NCBI GenBank assembly: GCA_965248535.1
Contig: CBDFJR010000005.1
Span: 800,001 to 864,000, forward strand
DNA: 64,000 nt
From: Phormidesmis sp.
GTDB lineage: Bacteria; Cyanobacteriota; Cyanobacteriia; Leptolyngbyales; Leptolyngbyaceae
Direction of reading: 5' to 3'
Within the stretch, counting starts at the first letter, position 1; every line of letters starts with the position of its first letter. This document shows positions 58,770-64,000 of the stretch, piece by piece. Both the position numbers and the translations under genes were made by a program. A model generated the notes under the pieces. The model worked only from the letters and a program-made list of their open reading frames with translations, did not search any database and had not been told where the DNA came from.

Positions 58770-59954
58770 ATGCACACCCGAATCAAAGAAATTGCAACGG
58801 CTCTGGCTCCTCGGTTGATTGAGATTCGTCGGCACCTCCACAGCCATCCCGAACTCAGTGGATATGAGCAGCAGACCGCTACTTATGTGGCCGGAGTGCT
58901 CTCTTCGTGTGGGCTGCATGTGCAAGAAGCGATCGGGAAAATCGGCGTTATTGGAGAACTCAAAGGACAGAATTCTGAGCCGTCAAATCATCGTCTGCTA
59001 GCCATCCGCACTGATATGGATGCCTTGCCCATTCAAGAGCGCACGGGCTTAGACTATGCCTCGCGCACCGCCGGAATCATGCACGCCTGTGGTCACGATG
59101 TCCACACTACCGTGGGTCTAGGCACTGCGATGGTGCTTTCCCAACTCGGTCAACTGCTGCCCGGAACGGTGCGCTTTCTCTTTCAACCTGCCGAAGAGAT
59201 CGCCCAAGGCGCAGAGTGGATGGTGCAAGATGGCGCAATGGATCAGGTCAGCGCCATTCTATCGGTGCATGTGTTTCCATCGATTCCGGCGGGCAAGATT
59301 GGCATTCGCTATGGGGCCCTCACCGCCGCAGCAGACGATTTAGAGATCACCATCTTGGGAGAATCAGGGCACGGAGCGCGACCCCACGAAGCCATAGACG
59401 CGATCTGGATAGCCTCGCAGGTGATTACCAGCTTGCAGCAGGCCATCAGCCGCACCCAAAATCCGCTGCGCCCTGTGGTGTTAACGATCGGCAAAATCAG
59501 CGGCGGACGGGCCCCCAATGTGATCGCTGATCAGGTGCAGTTGTTGGGCACAGTACGATCGCTGCATCCTGAAACTAGCGCCGCTCTGCCGGAGTGGGTT
59601 GAGCAGATCGTCTCCAGCGTCTGCGGCACCTATGGGGCAACCTATCACCTAGACTATCGGCGCGGCGTGCCCTCAGTGCAAAACGACATCACACTAACCC
59701 ATCTGCTTGAATCGGCGGCTCAAGAAGTGTGGGGCAACGACAGCATCCAAATCATTCAAGAGCCATCTCTCGGTGCCGAAGATTTTTCGGTCTATCTCAA
59801 ACACGCGCCGGGCAGCATGTTTCGGTTGGGCGTAGGCTTTGAAGATCAGCGCAATTATCCCCTCCATCACCCTCAGTTTGAGGTGAATGAATCGGCCATT
59901 CTCACAGGTGTAGCCACGATGGCCAATGCCGTCTGGAAATATTGGGAGCAATGA
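58770..59954 (+). CDS. M20D amidohydrolase (N-acyl-amino acid amidohydrolase family)
   Basis: HSHPELS, RTDMDALP, MHACGHD, FQPAEE, AEDF and LHHP motifs. Confidence 0.92.
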   Translation: MHTRIKEIATALAPRLIEIRRHLHSHPELSGYEQQTATYVAGVLSSCGLHVQEAIGKIGVIGELKGQNSEPSNHRLLAIRTDMDALPIQERTGLDYASRTAGIMHACGHDVHTTVGLGTAMVLSQLGQLLPGTVRFLFQPAEEIAQGAEWMVQDGAMDQVSAILSVHVFPSIPAGKIGIRYGALTAAADDLEITILGESGHGARPHEAIDAIWIASQVITSLQQAISRTQNPLRPVVLTIGKISGGRAPNVIADQVQLLGTVRSLHPETSAALPEWVEQIVSSVCGTYGATYHLDYRRGVPSVQNDITLTHLLESAAQEVWGNDSIQIIQEPSLGAEDFSVYLKHAPGSMFRLGVGFEDQRNYPLHHPQFEVNESAILTGVATMANAVWKYWEQ

Positions 59955-60239
59955 TTGGCTGTGGCAAACCCCGTCGGCTCTTTACTTCTGTGCCGAAAGG
60001 CATTGAACAAGTTGCAGAGGGCAACTCACGATCGGTAGGGACATTTTCTCAGTTCATTGCTCTAGACATCCATAGAACTCCTGGCAGCCTTTAGGATCTT
60101 CTGGTGCTGTGGAGTTGAACAAGGGACACTAATCATTCTGGCGCTTATTCCCCATCCATAACCGCTCTTTAGAGGGATTAGAAATCAGCGATCGCAGTGA
60201 CACATTAAAAGATAACGATCGTCAATATAAGGAGCAACT

Positions 60240-60494
60240 ATGGCAGCCTCAACCCCACTCAAAGGCCTAGAGCTAGTTGACTGTGCACGAGCCAACGCCA
60301 AACAAGGGATTGAGACCACCGCTCATCTCTGTGGCTATGGTCACGACCTCAACACCTTTCGCCACGAGCTTGAAAAAGCCTGCCAGCACATGGGCGTAGA
60401 GTTTCACGAGTTGAGCGACCTGATCAAAGACGAGTCACCCCTCTTGCAAATGGGAGGCGAAATCGTCGCGCCTGACACAGCTTCTGAGCTTTAA
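60240..60494 (+). CDS. Small conserved-looking cyanobacterial hypothetical protein
   Basis: AAGGAG RBS; LVDCARANA...CGYG...APDTASEL. Confidence 0.7.
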   Translation: MAASTPLKGLELVDCARANAKQGIETTAHLCGYGHDLNTFRHELEKACQHMGVEFHELSDLIKDESPLLQMGGEIVAPDTASEL

Positions 60495-60638
60495 ACGGCT
60501 TTAAACAACTGCAAATAATTATTCTCTGACTCGCTCTTTGGTTGCAAGGTTAAACTAGAGAAAATCGCTGTTCTGAGAAGCCATTCTCTCAAGAGCCGCG
60601 AGGTTGAGTCACCGCAGACAAAAGGCAAGCAATAGACT

Positions 60639-62546
60639 ATGAAAGGTTCTTGGAAAAAGGCATCGGCGCGACGAACTTCCCAAAAACAGACGGCTGCAAC
60701 CAAACTGGTCATGCTGGGTTGGGTGATTGCCCAGAGCATTCTGATCGGCACACCGACGATCGCGCAAACGACCCGCGATCCGCTGAGTTATAGTCAATTG
60801 CTCAAAAAAATTGATGCGGGTGAAGTCAAAAAAGTCGAAATTGACGAAGCGCAAAAAGTTGCCAGAGTCAAGCTAGAAGGGCAAAAGCCCAACGATCCGC
60901 TTGTAGAAGTGCCCTTGCTGGAGCGCAACCCCGAACTGATTGAGCGACTGAGAGCCAACAAGGTCAACTTTGACTCTCAGCCCACGGCTGACAACAGCGT
61001 TCTCATGGGGCTTGTAGCCAATCTGCTGCTGTTTATGCTGCTGATCGCTGGGCTGCTGCTGATTTTGCGCCGATCGACCAATTCTCCCGGTGGCCCTGGG
61101 CAGGCGATGAGTTTTGGCAAATCTCGCGCTCGGTTTCAAATGGAGGCCAAAACAGGGGTGATGTTTGATGATGTGGCAGGCATCGAAGAAGCCAAAGAAG
61201 AACTGCAAGAAGTCGTCACCTTTTTGAAAAAGCCGGAGCGCTTCACCGCCGTGGGGGCGCGGATTCCCAAGGGGGTTTTGCTCATTGGGCCACCGGGAAC
61301 GGGTAAGACGCTGCTGGCAAAAGCGATCGCGGGTGAAGCAGGTGTTCCCTTTTTCTCAATCTCTGGGTCTGAGTTTGTCGAAATGTTTGTTGGCGTGGGG
61401 GCCTCTCGCGTTCGTGACTTATTTAAGAAAGCCAAAGAAAACGCGCCCTGCATTATTTTTATTGATGAAATCGATGCCGTAGGTCGTCAGCGGGGCACCG
61501 GGATCGGGGGCGGCAACGACGAGCGGGAACAAACTCTCAATCAACTGCTGACCGAGATGGATGGCTTTGAAGGCAACACAGGCATCATCATCATCGCGGC
61601 AACTAACCGTCCTGATGTGCTCGATTCTGCGTTGCTGCGTCCGGGTCGCTTTGATCGCCAAGTCAACGTTGATCTACCCACCTACAAAGGTCGGCTGAGA
61701 ATTCTAGACGTTCACGCTCGCAACAAAAAACTCGCTCCAGAAGTCTCAATGGAGACGGTCGCCCGTCGCACGCCCGGCTTTTCGGGTGCCGAGTTAGCCA
61801 ATTTGCTCAACGAAGCGGCGATTTTGACCGCACGCCGCCGCAAAGACGAGATTACTTCTTTAGAAATCGACGACGCGATCGACCGTCTCACGATCGGGCT
61901 AACCCTGACACCGTTGCTCGACAGCAAGAAAAAACGCCTGATTGCCTATCACGAAGTTGGTCACGCGCTGCTGATGACGTTGCTTAAGAATTCTGACCCG
62001 CTTAACAAAGTCACGATTATTCCCCGATCGGGCGGCATTGGCGGGTTTGCCCAGCAGGCCTTTAACGAAGACATGATCGACAGCGGACTTTATACCCGAT
62101 CGTGGATGACCGATCGGATTACGATGTCGCTGGGCGGTCGAGCGGCTGAAGAAGAGATTTTTGGCGAAGCTGAGGTCACGGCGGGCGCAAGTGGCGATAT
62201 CAGAGCCGTCGCTGACATGGCGCGAGAAATGGTGACTCGCTATGGCATGTCTGAGCTAGGGCTAGTGGCCCTTGAAGGCTCGTCGTCTGGTGAAGTTTTT
62301 CTGGGTCGTGGGCTTTCGCCCCGGTCAGAATATTCTGAAGACGTGGCCAACCAAATTGATCAACAGGTGCGAGCGATCGCCATGCAGTGCTATGCCGAAG
62401 CTCGTCGTCTGATCCGAGACAATCGTCCTCTAGTTGATCGCTTAGTTGAGATGCTGCTAGAACAAGAAACGATCGAAGGCGACCAGTTCCGCAAGATCGT
62501 GGCGGACTATCGCGAAATGCCGCAGCCCGCAAATATCGCTAGTTAA
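60639..62546 (+). CDS. ftsH: ATP-dependent zinc metalloprotease FtsH
   Basis: [43 protein letters not shown]. Confidence 0.97.
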   Translation: MKGSWKKASARRTSQKQTAATKLVMLGWVIAQSILIGTPTIAQTTRDPLSYSQLLKKIDAGEVKKVEIDEAQKVARVKLEGQKPNDPLVEVPLLERNPELIERLRANKVNFDSQPTADNSVLMGLVANLLLFMLLIAGLLLILRRSTNSPGGPGQAMSFGKSRARFQMEAKTGVMFDDVAGIEEAKEELQEVVTFLKKPERFTAVGARIPKGVLLIGPPGTGKTLLAKAIAGEAGVPFFSISGSEFVEMFVGVGASRVRDLFKKAKENAPCIIFIDEIDAVGRQRGTGIGGGNDEREQTLNQLLTEMDGFEGNTGIIIIAATNRPDVLDSALLRPGRFDRQVNVDLPTYKGRLRILDVHARNKKLAPEVSMETVARRTPGFSGAELANLLNEAAILTARRRKDEITSLEIDDAIDRLTIGLTLTPLLDSKKKRLIAYHEVGHALLMTLLKNSDPLNKVTIIPRSGGIGGFAQQAFNEDMIDSGLYTRSWMTDRITMSLGGRAAEEEIFGEAEVTAGASGDIRAVADMAREMVTRYGMSELGLVALEGSSSGEVFLGRGLSPRSEYSEDVANQIDQQVRAIAMQCYAEARRLIRDNRPLVDRLVEMLLEQETIEGDQFRKIVADYREMPQPANIAS

Positions 62547-62634
62547 TCGATCGTGAAAGGTGACCCATTCGGTGATAATAAACGTTTGATTTATTGACTG
62601 AGTGGGTTACTGTTCACGTTTTGAGGATCTATCT

Positions 62635-63594
62635 ATGACGAGCGATCGGATTCAGCCCAAACTGATTATTCACGGTGGGGCAGGTAGCTCTTTAAAGGGC
62701 AAAGGCGGAGCCGAAGCTGTTCGACAGTCACTCTATCAGGTGATTGAAGAAGTCTATCGCTTGCTGCAAGAAGGGGCAACGGCTCAGGCGGCTGTCGTGC
62801 GGGGCTGTCAGCTTTTAGAAGACGAGCCGCGCTTTAATGCGGGCACAGGCTCAGTGCTGCAATCAGACGGGCAGATTCGCATGAGTGCTGCGTTGATGAA
62901 TGGCGCAACTCAGCGGTTTAGCGGGGTGATCAACACGGCCCGTGTCAGACACCCGATCGATCTGGCGCTCTTTCTGCAAGATTTTGACGATCGCATTCTC
63001 TCAGATTATGGCTCGGCAGAACTGCTGCGAGAATTGCAGGTGCCGCTCTATGACCCCACCACCGATCTGCGCCTGCAAGAATGGATTCAGGAGCGGGCTG
63101 GAAATTTTGATAAAGCCATGGCAGGCGTAGTCGCAGAGCGCGAACTAGTGAGTGATAATGCAGGGCGCGGCACGATCGGAGTGGTGGCGCTAGACAGTCA
63201 GGGACACTTAGCGGCAGGCACTTCAACGGGGGGCAAAGGCTTTGAGCGAGTCGGGCGGGTAAGTGACTCGGCGATGCCTGCGGGAAATTACGCAACGGCC
63301 CACGCGGGCATTAGCTGCACTGGCATTGGAGAAGACATCATTGATGAGTGTCTCGCCGCCAAAATCGTGATCCGGGTGACGGATGGGCTGTCTCTAAAGG
63401 CGGCCTTTGAGCGATCGTTGACCGAGGCACACCAAAATAACCGCGATCTAGGGGCGATCGGGCTAGATGCCACAGGCGCGATCGCTTGGGGCAAAACCAG
63501 CGAAGTGCTGCTAGCGGCCTATCATACGGGCGAAACCATGGCAGACACCCTAGAGATGGCAGCAGGGATGCAGGTTTCTGCGGTCGCCGTCTGA
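62635..63594 (+). CDS. Isoaspartyl peptidase/L-asparaginase (Ntn hydrolase)
   Basis: IIHGGAG, FNAGTGS, G-TIG autoproteolysis site, GTSTGG, GRVSDS. Confidence 0.92.
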   Translation: MTSDRIQPKLIIHGGAGSSLKGKGGAEAVRQSLYQVIEEVYRLLQEGATAQAAVVRGCQLLEDEPRFNAGTGSVLQSDGQIRMSAALMNGATQRFSGVINTARVRHPIDLALFLQDFDDRILSDYGSAELLRELQVPLYDPTTDLRLQEWIQERAGNFDKAMAGVVAERELVSDNAGRGTIGVVALDSQGHLAAGTSTGGKGFERVGRVSDSAMPAGNYATAHAGISCTGIGEDIIDECLAAKIVIRVTDGLSLKAAFERSLTEAHQNNRDLGAIGLDATGAIAWGKTSEVLLAAYHTGETMADTLEMAAGMQVSAVAV

Positions 63595-64000
63595 GTAACA
63601 TTGGTAACCTGCGTCACACGTTCTTGACGCAAACTTCCGGGGTTTTGGCGAGTCGTCTAAAGAGATTGAGGGGTATTTCCACGCAGATGAAAAAAGCCTA
63701 CACTGAGTGTAAAATATCCCAGCCATGCCCTAACTGAGGTAGATGCTTATGAACTGGGCAAGACCTATCGAGCGATCGGAAACTTAGAAAAGAGTCACAA
63801 AACCTTTCAACTAAGATCTGCTTAATTCTCTCTTCACGGGACGAACTGGAGTCGCTCACCAAAAGCATTGACAATCCTGCTCAAATGTCTTGGTGACAAT
63901 TGTTAAAGTACTATCCCTGCCGACATAGAGAGGCAGCGCAAACTACGAGTGGCTTGCGCTGCTGGTTAGCTTAGATGGAGAAATCGACTATTTGATAAAC

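Larger units (their letters stand above)
1..64000. repeat. Dispersed HIP1 octamer GCGATCGC (many copies)
   Basis: Very frequent in coding and intergenic DNA throughout; cyanobacterial hallmark; none seen inside the tnpB element. Confidence 0.95.

Noticed and set aside
59960..60040. GGCAAACC...GAAAGGG hairpins resembling a c-di-GMP-I riboswitch
   Set aside because: The GGGACGCAAAGC junction and a proper P2 are missing; more likely ordinary terminator or repeat hairpins
70..63737. Numerous 60-150 aa ORFs overlapping or antisense to well-supported genes
   Set aside because: Shadow ORFs with no recognisable motifs or RBS, rich in HIP1-derived RSR/AIA/DR residues
1..64000. CRISPR array, tRNA or rRNA genes
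   Set aside because: No regularly spaced repeat-spacer series, cloverleaf or rRNA signature was seen in any intergenic region

Overview
Chromosomal window from a filamentous cyanobacterium. This is supported by dense HIP1 GCGATCGC octamers, ycf4, a fraC-fraD-fraE septal-junction operon, hpsN/O/P glycosyltransferases and cyanoexosortase B. Most of it is housekeeping and envelope genes: RND efflux pump, cinA, WecA/MraY-like transferase, glyA, aroQ, cobO, glmU, pyrF, tyrS, class A PBP, UDG and ftsH. The main points of interest are: (1) a tnpB-only IS200/IS605 element with a 1-nt frameshift, inserted between wza and wzc of the exosortase/EPS operon; guide-pairing rules place its left junction at or within about 13 nt of the wzc start codon, and a long antisense ORF is ATGA-coupled to wzc. 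(2) A canonical NtcA-type promoter ahead of a Trp-rich Nif11-like small protein, followed by an exported S9 peptidase. (3) A three-gene membrane/lipoprotein operon with two tandem LexA-like boxes over its promoter, converging on fraCDE. (4) Several small DNA events: a REP doublet, a HIP1-inserted mini-hairpin, tandem duplications, a PIN-toxin remnant, and disrupted ComEA-like and cupin genes. No rRNA, tRNA or CRISPR array was recognised. All product calls come from motif recognition by eye; no database search was run.
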